Source: Cryomorpha ignava (GTDB lineage: Bacteria; Bacteroidota; Bacteroidia; Flavobacteriales_F; PHOS-HE28). Taken from it: 64,000 nt of DNA. The notes under the pieces were generated by a model. The model was not told where the DNA came from and made no database searches. It was given only the letters and a program-made list of their open reading frames with translations. The stretch covers positions 4,491-68,490 of the forward strand of contig JBEBYG010000019.1 of the NCBI GenBank assembly GCA_040391235.1, in the 5' to 3' direction. Positions within the stretch are counted from its first letter, which is position 1. Each line of letters begins with the position of its first letter. Of this stretch, positions 1 to 10,864 are shown in pieces. The position numbers were made by a program, and so were the translations under genes.

Positions 1-108
1 TTGGTCCACCTGCGCAGCTGCGCCGGTAGAGATCAGCAGGAAAGCAAGAATGGCAGCATTACCGAACCACCCGATAGAGCGCTTAAGAAGCCTGAAGACA
101 AGGGACAT
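1..108 (-). CDS. 5' fragment of an exported protein, running off the window edge; possibly the c-type cytochrome subunit ActA of alternative complex III
   Basis: Manual translation MSLVFRLLKRSIGWFGNAAILAFLLISTGAAAQVDQ looks like a Sec signal peptide ending AAA|Q, with a TACTTTTG promoter upstream. The ActA identity rests only on recalled infB-SPOR-actA synteny in Flavobacteriia. Confidence 0.5.
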   Translation of the reverse strand, partial: MSLVFRLLKRSIGWFGNAAILAFLLISTGAAAQVDQ

Positions 109-151
109 TCCGAACGATTTTGATAGCGGATCTCAACGGATCAGCGCCGCG

Positions 152-159
152 CAAAAGTA
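152..159 (-). promoter_or_regulatory. Bacteroidota sigma70 -7 element (TACTTTTG)
   Basis: Exact TAnnTTTG match about 45 bp upstream of the ATG at 108. Confidence 0.6.
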
Positions 160-217
160 GCCTCCAAGGCATAAGGGCGCAGCTATCAGACCAGCTGCCG
201 TCCGGTAACCGCCCTAT

Positions 218-232
218 TTAGAATGATTCTAA
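218..232. promoter_or_regulatory. Perfect 7-1-7 palindrome TTAGAAT-G-ATTCTAA, candidate Fur/PerR-family operator
   Basis: AT-rich 7-1-7 inverted repeat in a divergent intergenic region; this geometry is typical of Fur-family boxes. Confidence 0.55.
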
Positions 233-404
233 GACCGTCCAATGTCAACGTAACCCGCATCGCCATTGAGGATTTGCATGTCACAGCCGTGTCATTTTAC
301 GATGCCTTTTTCCATTGTTGGGAGGCGTGGAAGACGCCTAAAATGACGTTTCGGACCTCCTCTCACGACCGTAGCATGGTACTTGTTTGATGGGTCCGGA
401 CCGG

Positions 405-412
405 TACATTTG
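405..412 (+). promoter_or_regulatory. -7 element (TACATTTG) of the SPOR gene; near-leaderless transcript
   Basis: TAnnTTTG match ending 8 bp before ATG 421. Confidence 0.55.
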
Positions 413-420
413 GCCACATC

Positions 421-915
421 ATGCGCATAGCCTCCACCCTCCTGTTGCTTTCCCTTTTCGGCCCGCTTTCCGCCCAGGACGACCTTCGTCTATTCCGGCC
501 AGCAAATGCTCCGACCGATAGCGTTGCGCAGTCCCAGATCCCCACACGTACCCGCGCCTCCATGCAAACGGACAGCGTGATACCGGGCACCATCACGGTG
601 GTAGAGAGCGAGCGGATCAAGAACCTGATGGCGAACTATGCTATGAAGAAGCAAGCGCTGAAGGGCTTCCGTGTACAGATCTTCTTAGGCGACCGCGCCA
701 CTGCTGAGAACACGCGACGTGCTTTCCTGCTACAGCACCCGGACACACCGGCCTACTTGAGCTATCTCGCTCCCAACTTCCGCGTTCGTGTAGGTGATCT
801 GCGCGATCGTGTCGCTGCGGAATACCTCCGTGAATCACTGAAGGGGGAATTCCCGGGGCTCTACGTAGTGCCAGACCAGATCGAGCCACCCAAACTTCTG
901 TCCACGGAAAACTGA
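421..915 (+). CDS. SPOR domain-containing exported protein
   Basis: Signal peptide; C-terminal GFRVQIF...PNFRVRVGD motif typical of Bacteroidota SPOR proteins. Confidence 0.85.
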   Translation: MRIASTLLLLSLFGPLSAQDDLRLFRPANAPTDSVAQSQIPTRTRASMQTDSVIPGTITVVESERIKNLMANYAMKKQALKGFRVQIFLGDRATAENTRRAFLLQHPDTPAYLSYLAPNFRVRVGDLRDRVAAEYLRESLKGEFPGLYVVPDQIEPPKLLSTEN

Positions 916-1375
916 CGTTGAGGTTGGTCAGCCTTCCGAATGGCCCTCGAGAAGGTCGGATCAGAACGATATATCGTCTTCTCGAAGACCGTCCAGGACC
1001 GGACCCAAAGCATTACCATTGAACCGCTCAACGCGAAGGATGATGCGCAGCTCTGGGACATGTAAGCCAGGCTCCTACGAACTGCTATCCGGTTCCGAGG
1101 CCCGCTGAATTGCCATCAATCGTAATGGCGTCAGAAGCGGTCGACACCTGCTGAGCGTCCTCCAAAAGGGCTATCACCCGGAGCGCTTCGGTTGGCTCTT
1201 CGAATAGTAGGTCGAGGCGTTATGCAGTATTGAGTTTCCCGCAATGGGGAACCCATATGCATCGAGCCTCAGATGAACATCCCTTTGATACGGCACCTTC
1301 AGGGTTATAGCACAACCAAGGGTCAACGTCCCTTGCGATGTCCTTTCAGGTTCAGCTGCGCGAAATGGCAGTAGC

Positions 1376-4150
1376 TCAATCCTCCAGCGTCCGCTTCACT
1401 TCCACCATTTCGAAGGCCTCGATGTGATCCCCCGTCTTGATGTCGTTGAAGTTCTTGATGCTCAAGCCGCACTCGTATCCATGAGTAACTTCCTTCACAT
1501 CATCCTTGAATCGCTTGAGGTCGCTCAATTCGCCGGTGTATACGACGATGCTGTCGCGGATCAGGCGGATCTTGCTGTTGCGGCTGATCTTGCCGTCCAG
1601 CACGTAACAACCAGCCACTGTGCCCACCTTGCTGATGCGGAAGGTATCGCGCACTTCGGCCGTTCCGACCACTTTCTCCTCCTCCTTCGGGGTGAGCATG
1701 CCTTCCATGGCCAGCTTCAGTTCCTCGATGGCGTCGTAGATGATGGAATAGAGGCGGATCTCGATCTCCTCGTTCTCCGCAAGCCTGCGTGCACCCACGG
1801 TCGGGCGTACTTGGAAACCGATGATGATGGCATTGGATGCCGACGCAAGCAATACATCGCTCTCGGCAATAGGACCCACCGCCTTGTGGATCACGTCCAC
1901 CTTGATCCTTTCGGTACTGAGCTTCAACAAGGAATCGGTAAGCGCCTCCACGGAGCCGTCCACGTCGCCCTTCACAATGATGTTGAGCTCCTTGAAATCC
2001 CCGATCGCCAAACGACGGCCGATCTCATCCAAGGTGATGTGCTTGCGGGTACGGATACCCTGCTCACGCTGCAACTGCTGCCTGCGTGTAGCGATCTGGC
2101 GCGCTTCGCGCTCATCTTCCATCACGTGGAAGCGATCACCCGCATTCGGAGCGCCGTCCAATCCGAGGATGGATACGGGTACACTTGGGCCGGCCTCAGC
2201 GATGGATTGCCCACGTTCGTTGAACATGTTACGCACACGACCGCTATACTGGCCTACCAGTATCACGTCTCCTTTGTGCAAGGTGCCACTTTCCACCAGC
2301 AAGGTGGTCACATAGCCGCGGCCCATTTCCAAGGTACTCTCGATCACTACGCCAGTACCGCGCTTTTTGGGGTCGGCCTTCAGATCCAGAATGTCTGCTT
2401 CCAGGAGCACCTTCTCGAGGAGCTGGTCAATGCCTTGACCTTTCTTGGCACTGATCTCCTGCGTTTGGTATTTGCCGCCCCACTCCTCCACCAGAATGTT
2501 CATCTGGGAGAGTTGCTCACGGATCTTCTCCGCGTTGGCCTGGGGCTTGTCGATCTTGTTGAATGCGAACACCATCGGCACGCCTGCTGCTTGCGCGTGA
2601 TTGATGGCTTCACGTGTCTGCGGCATCACACTGTCGTCCGCCGCGATCACGATGATCGCGATGTCGGTGACCTGTGCACCACGGGCACGCATCGCGGTAA
2701 ACGCTTCGTGACCCGGTGTGTCCAGGAAAGCGATGCGCTTGCCATTGTCCAACGTCACGCTGTATGCACCAATGTGCTGAGTGATGCCACCGGCCTCACC
2801 TGCGATCACGTTGGCCTTGCGGATATGGTCAAGCAAGGAGGTTTTACCATGGTCCACGTGGCCCATTACCGTAACGATCGGAGCACGGGGCACCATCCGT
2901 TCAGGAACATCGGCTTCCTCTATGGTGACATCCTGCACATCCGCACCCACGAACTCCACTTTGAAGCCGTATTCATCGGCGATCACGGACAAGGTCTCCG
3001 CATCCAACCGTTGGTTGATGCTGACCATCATGCCCAGCGAGAAGTACGCCTTGATGATGTCCGTGACGGGAACATCCATCATGGATGCCAATTCACTGGC
3101 CGTCACGAACTCGGTGACCTGCAAGGTGCGACCCGCTAGTTGGCGCGCTTGGTTCTCATCTTCACGGCGCTGATAGCGTTCTTGGCGCTTGTCACCACGG
3201 CGCTTTGAGGCACGTCCTCTTCCGCCTCCACCCGTCAAGCGGGCGAGCGTTTCGCTCACCTTACGCTTCACGGCATTCTCATCCAGTTCGCCTGGCCGGC
3301 CTGGAACGACCTTGCGCTGTTCTTGCTGTACCACGCGGCCCACATTCACCGGGCCTGGCTTTACAATGCGCTTCCGGCGGCCGCGGTCCTTATCACGGTC
3401 GATCGGCTTGCGCTCGCGCTCTTTCGGCAGTTCTATATGTCCCACCGTCTTCGGTCCCGCCAACTTTTCCACGTTCACCCGGATGGTTTCGGGCTCAGGA
3501 GCTTTGGCCGGAGGCGTTGGCGCAGGGGGCGTGGCGGCAACTACAGGAGCGGGAGCTGCTGGTTTCGGCTTCGCGACCGGCGGAGCAGGTGGTGTAGCTG
3601 GTGCGGCCTTCGGGGCCGGAGCAGCCTTCTTGGGCGGATTCAGATCGATCTTGCCCACGGTCTTGGGACCGGCAACACGCTGGGTAGCAGCGCGGAACAC
3701 ATCTGAAGCACCTGCCTCTGGGGCTGGCTTTTCAGCTACTGGTTCCGGGGCTTTCTCCTTGGGGGCTTCCTTCTTTTCGGGAGCCTTGGGCTTTGGCACC
3801 TCCACTTTCGGGGCTGCGGGAGGCTCTGGCACCGGGGCCACTACAGGCGGCGCTGCCGCTGGCGGGGGCTCCGGCGTTGGAGCTGCAACCGGTTCAGGAA
3901 CGCTGGCCAAGGCCACCACTTCCCGATCCTGACGTTCTTGGATCACCTGTTTACTGGCTTCCTTTTCCGCTTTGTCCTGACCGAACTCCTTCTCCAGTAG
4001 CGCATACAATTCGCTCGGGATCTTGGTGTTGGGCGAGGCTTCCACGGCATGGCCCTTTTCGGCCAGGAACTCCACCACGGTATGCACGCCGAGATTGAAG
4101 TCCCGCGTCACCTTGCTCAATCGCACCGTCTTTCCTGCCGTTCCGCTCAT
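1376..4150 (-). CDS. infB: Translation initiation factor IF-2
   Basis: [17 protein letters not shown] and NKID GTPase motifs; Pro/Ala-rich N-terminal linker; follows nusA. Confidence 0.99.
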   Translation of the reverse strand: MSGTAGKTVRLSKVTRDFNLGVHTVVEFLAEKGHAVEASPNTKIPSELYALLEKEFGQDKAEKEASKQVIQERQDREVVALASVPEPVAAPTPEPPPAAAPPVVAPVPEPPAAPKVEVPKPKAPEKKEAPKEKAPEPVAEKPAPEAGASDVFRAATQRVAGPKTVGKIDLNPPKKAAPAPKAAPATPPAPPVAKPKPAAPAPVVAATPPAPTPPAKAPEPETIRVNVEKLAGPKTVGHIELPKERERKPIDRDKDRGRRKRIVKPGPVNVGRVVQQEQRKVVPGRPGELDENAVKRKVSETLARLTGGGGRGRASKRRGDKRQERYQRREDENQARQLAGRTLQVTEFVTASELASMMDVPVTDIIKAYFSLGMMVSINQRLDAETLSVIADEYGFKVEFVGADVQDVTIEEADVPERMVPRAPIVTVMGHVDHGKTSLLDHIRKANVIAGEAGGITQHIGAYSVTLDNGKRIAFLDTPGHEAFTAMRARGAQVTDIAIIVIAADDSVMPQTREAINHAQAAGVPMVFAFNKIDKPQANAEKIREQLSQMNILVEEWGGKYQTQEISAKKGQGIDQLLEKVLLEADILDLKADPKKRGTGVVIESTLEMGRGYVTTLLVESGTLHKGDVILVGQYSGRVRNMFNERGQSIAEAGPSVPVSILGLDGAPNAGDRFHVMEDEREARQIATRRQQLQREQGIRTRKHITLDEIGRRLAIGDFKELNIIVKGDVDGSVEALTDSLLKLSTERIKVDVIHKAVGPIAESDVLLASASNAIIIGFQVRPTVGARRLAENEEIEIRLYSIIYDAIEELKLAMEGMLTPKEEEKVVGTAEVRDTFRISKVGTVAGCYVLDGKISRNSKIRLIRDSIVVYTGELSDLKRFKDDVKEVTHGYECGLSIKNFNDIKTGDHIEAFEMVEVKRTLED

Positions 4151-4196
4151 TCGCCTGATCCTTGTTTGCCCCTTTCGTTCGTTAATGCCCCCGTGC

Positions 4197-5435
4197 TTAT
4201 TTCGACAATTCCAATTTCAGCACGCGAAGCACTTCAAGCACCGTCTCATCTTCCAGATCGGTGCGCTTGGCCAGTTCATCCGGGGCGATCTCCACCACCG
4301 ACCGTGCCGTATCACACCCTATGTTCTTCAGCGCTTCGAGGATCCAAGGCTCGATCTCGTCGCGGAATTCATCCAGATCGACATCGTCCGTCACCTCATC
4401 GCTATCCCGGTAGACATCGATATCGAAACCGGTGAGCTTGCCCGCAAGCTTGATGTTGTGCCCACCCTTTCCGATGGCCAAGGCCACCTGGTCGGGTTTC
4501 ATGTATACCTCGGCCCGCTTGTTCGCCTCATCGATCTTGATCTCACCCACCTTGGCCGGGCTCAGCGCACGCTGGATCAGCAATTGATCATTGGTGGTCC
4601 AGTTGATCACATCGATGTTCTCGTTGCGCAGCTCGCGTACGATCCCATGGATGCGACTGCCCTTCATACCCACGCAGGCGCCAACTGGGTCGATGCGATC
4701 ATCGTAGCTTTCTACGGCCACTTTGGCACGTTCGCCCGGCTCACGCACGATCCGCTTGATCGTGATCAAACCGTCGGCTACTTCAGGTACTTCCTGCTCG
4801 AACAGTTTCTCCAGGAATTCCGGGGCCGTGCGGGACAAGAGCACCACGGGGCTGTTGTTGCGCATCTCCACTTTCCATACCACCGCACGCACTGTATCGC
4901 CCTTCTTGAAGAAGTCGGTCTTGATATGCTGATCCTTGGGCATGATCAGCTCGTTGCCCTCATCGTCGAGCACCAAGGTTTCGCGCTTCCAGATCTGATA
5001 GACCTCACCGGTGATGATCTCCCCTACGCGCTCCTTGTACTTCGCGTAGATGTGGTCCTTCTCCAGTTCCATGATGCGGGCCTGGAGGTTCTGCTTCAAC
5101 GAAAGGATGTTGCGTCGACCGAAATCGGGGATCTTCACTTCCTGGCTCACTTCCTCACCCACCTCGAAATCGGGTTCGATCTTCAAGGCATCGGACAAGG
5201 AGATCTGCTGACCTTCGTCCTCCACCTCGCCGTCCGGCACGATCTCGCGGTTCAGCCAGATCTCCAGGTCACCCTTATCGGGGTTGATGATGATGTCGAA
5301 CTTGGCTTCCTCGCCATATTTCCGTTTCACCACGCCGCGGAACACATCCTCCAGGATGCCCATCATGGTCACCCGGTCGATGTTCTTGATGTCCTTGAAT
5401 TCCCCGAAGGATTCGATGAGGTTCACTGTGCTCAT
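4197..5435 (-). CDS. nusA: Transcription termination/antitermination factor NusA
   Basis: [26 protein letters not shown] and AIGKGGHN motifs. Confidence 0.99.
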   Translation of the reverse strand: MSTVNLIESFGEFKDIKNIDRVTMMGILEDVFRGVVKRKYGEEAKFDIIINPDKGDLEIWLNREIVPDGEVEDEGQQISLSDALKIEPDFEVGEEVSQEVKIPDFGRRNILSLKQNLQARIMELEKDHIYAKYKERVGEIITGEVYQIWKRETLVLDDEGNELIMPKDQHIKTDFFKKGDTVRAVVWKVEMRNNSPVVLLSRTAPEFLEKLFEQEVPEVADGLITIKRIVREPGERAKVAVESYDDRIDPVGACVGMKGSRIHGIVRELRNENIDVINWTTNDQLLIQRALSPAKVGEIKIDEANKRAEVYMKPDQVALAIGKGGHNIKLAGKLTGFDIDVYRDSDEVTDDVDLDEFRDEIEPWILEALKNIGCDTARSVVEIAPDELAKRTDLEDETVLEVLRVLKLELSK

Positions 5436-5444
5436 TGCACTGTT

Positions 5445-5912
5445 TCAATTGAGGTTGATACTGGCCTGCGTGCTCTTGATGCCGGTGAATGGGATCACCG
5501 TGGTTTCATCCGATAGTTTGGGCTGCCTACCTTTCACCTTGGAAGGTTGAAGGATGCGCAGCGTAATACCTTGGTCGTCGTAAGCTTCCAGCACGCCCTC
5601 CAAGGAAGTGCCATCGCTCAACAGGACTTCCACGTTCTTGCCAAGGCGCTTGCGATACTGGCGCTCCACTTTGAAGGGCCTTCCCAGACCGGGACTGCTG
5701 ACTTGCAGTTCCAGGTCATCCAATGCCTCGCCGAATTCCTCGTGGAGAAGTTTGTTGATGGCGGTAAGGTCCCCTAGGGTAATGGGTGCTTCATCATGAT
5801 CCACTTCCACCAAGGCCTTCCCACCAGCACGCACTTCAGCGCTCACCAAAAAATGGGGAGTATCGGCCAAATGCCGCTGTAGTGCTTGTGCCAGCTGGTC
5901 TGAGGTGATCAT
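5445..5912 (-). CDS. rimP: Ribosome maturation factor RimP
   Basis: LQVSSPGLGRP motif; first gene of the rimP-nusA-infB operon. Confidence 0.95.
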   Translation of the reverse strand: MITSDQLAQALQRHLADTPHFLVSAEVRAGGKALVEVDHDEAPITLGDLTAINKLLHEEFGEALDDLELQVSSPGLGRPFKVERQYRKRLGKNVEVLLSDGTSLEGVLEAYDDQGITLRILQPSKVKGRQPKLSDETTVIPFTGIKSTQASINLN

Positions 5913-5936
5913 TTATGCTATCCGGGACGTGGGAAC

Positions 5937-5960
5937 AAAAAAGAGGGGCGGCCCCCTCTT
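5937..5960 (-). terminator. rimP leader terminator/attenuator hairpin
   Basis: 8-bp stem AAGAGGGG/CCCCTCTT followed by a U-run on the minus strand, between the promoter and the rimP start; matches the known rimP-leader attenuator architecture. Confidence 0.7.
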
Positions 5961-5987
5961 CCTCACTTCTCCGCACCGAAACGGCTG

Positions 5988-5995
5988 CAAATATA
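5988..5995 (-). promoter_or_regulatory. -7 element (TATATTTG) of the rimP operon
   Basis: Exact TAnnTTTG match upstream of the leader hairpin. Confidence 0.7.
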
Positions 5996-6233
5996 GCGGT
6001 TTTGGGGAGAATTCCGAAGAAGTTTCTTAACCGGCTTCGTTAAGCCACATGAAATGGAGCGTGGCACCAAAGTTTGGTCAGCGGGTCAGGCCCAGCATCA
6101 CCTATGCCAGCATAGTCGACCCCGGGCCCACGTTCCATGGTTCTTCCTCTCCTTTCCTGCGCCGGCACGGATCATCCACCGCTACCTTCACGGCCTTCTA
6201 TTCCATCGGAAAACCCGACCCATCTCGCGAAGC

Positions 6234-9086
6234 ATGTCCCTTACCATTGACAACAATAATCCGGTCCCCGACGACAAGCGTCTCTTCCTGCTCGATGCCT
6301 ATGCCCTGATATACCGGGCCTACTTCAGCTTTATCCGCTCCCCGCGCATCAATAGCCAACGCTTGAACACCAGCGCAGCATTCGGATTCACGCTCACCTT
6401 GTTGGATCTGATCAAACGGGAAAAGCCCACACACATCGCAGTGGTCTTCGATACAGCGGCACCCACCGAGCGCCACATCGTACACACCGAATACAAGGCC
6501 AACCGCGAGGAGATGCCGGATGATATCCGAAGCAACGTGCCCTATATCCGACGCATCATCGAGGCGTTCAACATCCCAGTGATCGAAAGTGATGGCTACG
6601 AGGCGGACGACGTGATCGGCACCTTGGCCAAGAAGGCTGAGAAGGAGGGCTACACCACCTACATGGTAACGCCAGACAAGGACTTCGGCCAGCTGGTTAC
6701 CGATAAGATCCTGATGTACAAACCGGGCCGCAGCGGTGCACCACCTGAGCTACTGGGCCCGGAAGAGGTGTGCGCACGTTGGGAACTGGACAACACCGAC
6801 CAAGTGCGCGACATCTTGGGTCTGATGGGCGATGCGGTGGATAACATCCCCGGTATCCCCGGCATCGGGGAAAAGACGGCCGTGAAGTTGGTGAAACAGT
6901 TCGGCAGCTTGGAGGGTGTGCTGGAGGGGGTAGAGCAGCTCAAGGGCAAGCAGAAGGAGAACGTGATCGAGTTCGCGGAGCAGGGCCGCATGAGCAAGTC
7001 CTTGGCCACCATCATGGTGGATGCACCGGTGGAAGTAGATCACAACGCACTGCACTTGGACCCGCCGGACGAGGAAAAGATCCGCGAGGTATTCAGTGAA
7101 TTGGAGTTCAAGAGCTTGCTGAAGGCCGTGATGGGTGAAGATGCCCAACTGGAGGCTGGGGCTGCCGCACCCACGCCCCGGAAGAAGGCTGCAGTACACG
7201 CGGACCAGATCAGCATGTTCGGAGGTGAGGAGCACGCGGGCAGTCCGGGAGAACCGGCAGTCTCCGAAATGGATGACCTCTCCAACACACCGCATGATTA
7301 CCGGGTAGCCGATTCGCCGGAGAAACAGATCGCCTTGGCCAAGGAAATGGCCGGACTGGAAACATTCTGCTTCGATACGGAAACCGATGACCTGGACCCC
7401 TACGAGGCCGAACTCGTAGGCATCTCCTTCAGTTGGAAGGCAGGTGAAGCTTGGTATGTTCCCGTCCCCGAAGGGAAGGAGCTTGCGCAACCCATCGTGG
7501 AGCGGTTCCGTGCCGTGCTGGAGAGCACGGAGATCGGAAAGGTGGCGCAGAACCTGAAGTATGATATGCTTGTGTTCGAGCAGTACGGGGTAAGCGTTCA
7601 AGGACCACAGTTCGATACCATGCTCGCGCACTTTCTGCTGGAATCGGACCTGCGGCATGGCATGGACTATATGGCGGAAACCCTGCTGAACTACCGGCCC
7701 AAGCCCATCACCGACCTGATCGGACCCAAGGGAAAGAACCAGAAGAACATGCGCGATGTACCGGTGGACATGGTGGCGGAGTATGCCGCGGAGGATGCCG
7801 ATATCACGTGGAGGTTGTATGAGCTTCTGAAGCCAAGGTTGAAGGAGATGGAGCAGGAGAAGCTCTTCCACGATGTGGAGATGCCCTTGGTGCGCGTGCT
7901 GGCGGATATGGAGCGCGAAGGGATCCGCTTGGATGTGGACGCCCTCAAAGCATTCAGTGCCGAATTGGGCAAGGATCTGGTCGTGCTCCAGGACCGGATC
8001 TTTGAGGCGTGCGGCGTGTCCTTCAATCTGGACTCACCCAAACAACTGGGCGATGTTCTTTTCGAAACGCTCAAGCTCGGAGGCGACAAACCAAAGAAAA
8101 CCCGCACCGGGCAATACCAGACCAGCGAAGACATCCTGAGCGCGATGGCCCATGAACACGCCGTGATCCCGTTGATCCTGGATTACCGCAGCCTACGCAA
8201 GCTGAAAGGCACCTATGTGGATACGTTACCCCTCGCCGTGAGCCCTACGGATGGGCGCATACACACCAACTACCGTCAGGCAGTGGCAGCCACGGGCCGC
8301 TTGAGCAGCGACGAACCCAACCTACAGAACATCCCGATCCGTACGGAGAAGGGTCGCGAGATCCGCAAGGCATTCGTGCCACGCGATGAGAACTACGGAC
8401 TGCTAAGCGCCGACTATTCGCAGATCGAACTACGCATCATCGCACACATGAGCGGCGACCCCAATATGCAGGAGGCCTTCCGCAAGGGGCTGGACATCCA
8501 TGCTGCCACGGCCGCCAAGGTGTTCAATACCCCCCTCGACCAGGTCACCCGGGACCAACGCAGCCGTGCAAAGGCGGTCAACTTCGGTATCGCATATGGC
8601 CAAGGGGCATTCGGATTGAGCCAAGTGCTGGGTATCCCCCGCGGGGAAGCACAAGGCATTATCACCGGCTATTTCGCGGAATTTCCCGGCGTGAAGGGCT
8701 ATATGGACGAAATGATCGGGTTCTGCCGGGAGCACGGATACGTGCAGACCATGATGGGGCGGCGCCGCTACCTGCCGGACATCACCAGCGGCAACAACAC
8801 GGTACGGGCTTCTGCGGAGCGGGTAGCCATCAATGCACCCATGCAGGGCACCGCCGCGGATATCATCAAGGTGGCCATGATCCGCATACACGCGTGGCTG
8901 AACGAAAATCGCATGAAGAGCAAGCTGCTTTTGCAGGTGCATGACGAACTCGTTTTCGATTGCCATCTGAAGGAAGCGGAGGAACTGCAAGCCAAGGTGA
9001 AGGAGATGATGGAAGGGGCGTTGGAATTGGCCGTACCGCTTGTTGTTGACATGCGCGTGGGGAAAAACTGGCTTGAAGCTCATTGA
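6234..9086 (+). CDS. polA: DNA polymerase I
   Basis: 5'-3' exonuclease (LLDAYALIYRAYF, EADDVIGT), 3'-5' exonuclease (FDTET) and polymerase motifs (DYSQIELR, RAKAVNFGIAYG, QVHDELVF). Start moved to ATG 6234. Confidence 0.99.
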   Translation: MSLTIDNNNPVPDDKRLFLLDAYALIYRAYFSFIRSPRINSQRLNTSAAFGFTLTLLDLIKREKPTHIAVVFDTAAPTERHIVHTEYKANREEMPDDIRSNVPYIRRIIEAFNIPVIESDGYEADDVIGTLAKKAEKEGYTTYMVTPDKDFGQLVTDKILMYKPGRSGAPPELLGPEEVCARWELDNTDQVRDILGLMGDAVDNIPGIPGIGEKTAVKLVKQFGSLEGVLEGVEQLKGKQKENVIEFAEQGRMSKSLATIMVDAPVEVDHNALHLDPPDEEKIREVFSELEFKSLLKAVMGEDAQLEAGAAAPTPRKKAAVHADQISMFGGEEHAGSPGEPAVSEMDDLSNTPHDYRVADSPEKQIALAKEMAGLETFCFDTETDDLDPYEAELVGISFSWKAGEAWYVPVPEGKELAQPIVERFRAVLESTEIGKVAQNLKYDMLVFEQYGVSVQGPQFDTMLAHFLLESDLRHGMDYMAETLLNYRPKPITDLIGPKGKNQKNMRDVPVDMVAEYAAEDADITWRLYELLKPRLKEMEQEKLFHDVEMPLVRVLADMEREGIRLDVDALKAFSAELGKDLVVLQDRIFEACGVSFNLDSPKQLGDVLFETLKLGGDKPKKTRTGQYQTSEDILSAMAHEHAVIPLILDYRSLRKLKGTYVDTLPLAVSPTDGRIHTNYRQAVAATGRLSSDEPNLQNIPIRTEKGREIRKAFVPRDENYGLLSADYSQIELRIIAHMSGDPNMQEAFRKGLDIHAATAAKVFNTPLDQVTRDQRSRAKAVNFGIAYGQGAFGLSQVLGIPRGEAQGIITGYFAEFPGVKGYMDEMIGFCREHGYVQTMMGRRRYLPDITSGNNTVRASAERVAINAPMQGTAADIIKVAMIRIHAWLNENRMKSKLLLQVHDELVFDCHLKEAEELQAKVKEMMEGALELAVPLVVDMRVGKNWLEAH

Positions 9087-9144
9087 TCTGTCCCACCTTG
9101 GGAGGCACCTTTACCCCGACCATCAACCCCGAAGTCAGTTTATC

Positions 9145-10026
9145 ATGCGAGCGAACCAGATCATTTTTGCCAGCATTGCGACCTTGATGCTGGCCGCATG
9201 CGGCGGAGACCAGCAACAGGACAAGCTCACTGTGCCCGCAACGGACTCTACCGCAGTGATCCGTTCGGAACGCACCAAGAGCATCTTCCACAACATCCCT
9301 TCACCCATGGAGACCGCTGGGCTCCTGAAGAAGGCAGGCGCAGAATACGATCGGAACATCCTCAACGATGTGAAGAACGTGGACAACTACACCGCAGCCA
9401 GCAAGCAGGCCCTGAACTTGGGCATCTATGGCGCAGACCTGAGCTATGCCAGTGTGTTCAACAACACGCAGGAAAGCATGCTCTATACCAGCTGCGCCCA
9501 GAAGTTGGCCAAGAAGCTCGATGTGAACAACGCCTTCAATGAAGAGGTGGTCGGACGCTTGGAGAAGAACCGGAACAACCGCGATTCGCTCCTCAGCATC
9601 ATCAGTGAGACCTACTGGCACGTGGATGCTTACCTGAAGGAGAACCAACGCGACAACATCAGCGCATTGATGGTGGCAGGTGGCTGGATGGAAGGACTCT
9701 ACATCGCCACACAGGTGACGAAGCACCATGATACCCCGGAACTGCGCCAACGCATCGCTGAACAGCGCTTGCCCTTGGTGGACCTGTTGGAGCTGGTAAA
9801 AACCTACAGCCCCGATGATCTGGCCATCGAATCCGTACTGAAGGACCTGGAGGCACTGCAAGTGATCTATGCCGATGTGCAGATGCCATCCGGCAACAGC
9901 ACCGTGACCGAAGAGAATGGCGTGGCCACCATCGGCGGCACCGCCCCCACCGCCTCCCTCACGGATGCCCAATTGAAAATGATCACCGAAAAAGTGGCCA
10001 CCATTCGTGCCAGCTACATCAACTAA
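9145..10026 (+). CDS. Conserved hypothetical lipoprotein (helical)
   Basis: Lipobox LAAC; ALNLGIYGADLSY motif; strong coding bias. Confidence 0.8.
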   Translation: MRANQIIFASIATLMLAACGGDQQQDKLTVPATDSTAVIRSERTKSIFHNIPSPMETAGLLKKAGAEYDRNILNDVKNVDNYTAASKQALNLGIYGADLSYASVFNNTQESMLYTSCAQKLAKKLDVNNAFNEEVVGRLEKNRNNRDSLLSIISETYWHVDAYLKENQRDNISALMVAGGWMEGLYIATQVTKHHDTPELRQRIAEQRLPLVDLLELVKTYSPDDLAIESVLKDLEALQVIYADVQMPSGNSTVTEENGVATIGGTAPTASLTDAQLKMITEKVATIRASYIN

Positions 10027-10034
10027 GACCGGTC

Positions 10035-10472
10035 ATGAAGCACCTTATCCCGATCCTTTCCGTACTGTTCATCCTGGCGCTTCCGGCTGCTTCGCAAGCA
10101 CAGTGCCGAAGCTTTGCCAAGAATAAGTGCATGCCCTCGATGGCACCCTACAAGTTCAACGAGACCTTCAACGCTGCACAGCTGGCCCCGGGCGAAGAGG
10201 CCGAGGTGGACCTCACGTTCTACAGCGGGCAGGAATACCGCCTACTGGTATGCGCCCACCCCATTCTGGGCAATGTGAACTGGCAGCTCGCCGATGCTGC
10301 AGGTAACGCACTGTTCAAAAGCACCGCAGATGATCCCAAGGACCACTTTGACTTCAAAGTGGCCACCACCCAGAAACTCAAGGTGCACATTGATGTGCCC
10401 GCAGCAGAAAAGGGAGGCAACAACATGCTCACCGTGGGCTGTGTCGGCATTCTGGTCGGGTACAAGGAGTGA
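10035..10472 (+). CDS. Small secreted Cys-containing beta-rich hypothetical protein
   Basis: Signal peptide ending SQA|Q; four Cys; 8 bp downstream of the lipoprotein gene. Confidence 0.8.
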   Translation: MKHLIPILSVLFILALPAASQAQCRSFAKNKCMPSMAPYKFNETFNAAQLAPGEEAEVDLTFYSGQEYRLLVCAHPILGNVNWQLADAAGNALFKSTADDPKDHFDFKVATTQKLKVHIDVPAAEKGGNNMLTVGCVGILVGYKE

Positions 10473-10482
10473 ACAACCCGTA

Positions 10483-10525
10483 ACGAAGGAAAAAGCCCCG
10501 GAGACCCCGGGGCTTTTTCCTTCGT
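10483..10525 (+). terminator. Intrinsic terminator (bidirectional form)
   Basis: AAGGAAAAAGCCCCGG...CCGGGGCTTTTTCCTT stem-loop after the polA operon. Confidence 0.85.
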
Positions 10526-10800
10526 GGAATTCAACTCCCGTTCATAAGACCACTTGGTCCTTCTCGTACTTCTGCTCAGGAGTGCACCCACTTGCCGGTC
10601 TGTCCTCGATGTGTTGGATCCAAGGCCTCCAATGGCCAAACAGGAGACGGGTCTTATGGGATAGTCTGTTCAATACTTGGCTCGAAGCGAATGGAGGGAT
10701 CGAGACTAGTATGCTGGAGCAGGTCCTGCACTTGGTAGTAAGCCGAGGCTGAATCGCTGATATTCCGGGCTTGGCTTGGTCCCAGTAACTTGTGGAGCAC

Positions 10801-10838
10801 AAGAAAGCCCCTACTCCATTGCTGAAATAGGGGCTTTC
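10801..10838 (-). terminator. Intrinsic terminator of the M43 protease gene
   Basis: GAAAGCCCCTA...TAGGGGCTTTC stem downstream of the stop at 10865. Confidence 0.65.
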
Positions 10839-10864
10839 AATTTCAGGGCGCTGCCCTTCTTTGA

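Noticed and set aside
1424-5516. Long plus-strand ORFs (571 aa and 497 aa), and similar ones at 24122-25654, 43602-44684 and 47116-48435
   Set aside because: Antisense shadows of well-supported genes in GC-rich DNA; no motifs.
6054-6233. N-terminal extensions in the ORF track for polA, udk, yicC, the DMT gene, rsmI, tdk, murF/alr and the DUF4886 gene
   Set aside because: They cover promoter or neighbouring-gene sequence; family homology starts at downstream ATGs.
10526-10800. ORFs of 139-152 aa crossing the gap between two terminators
   Set aside because: They run through terminator hairpins and show no coding signature.
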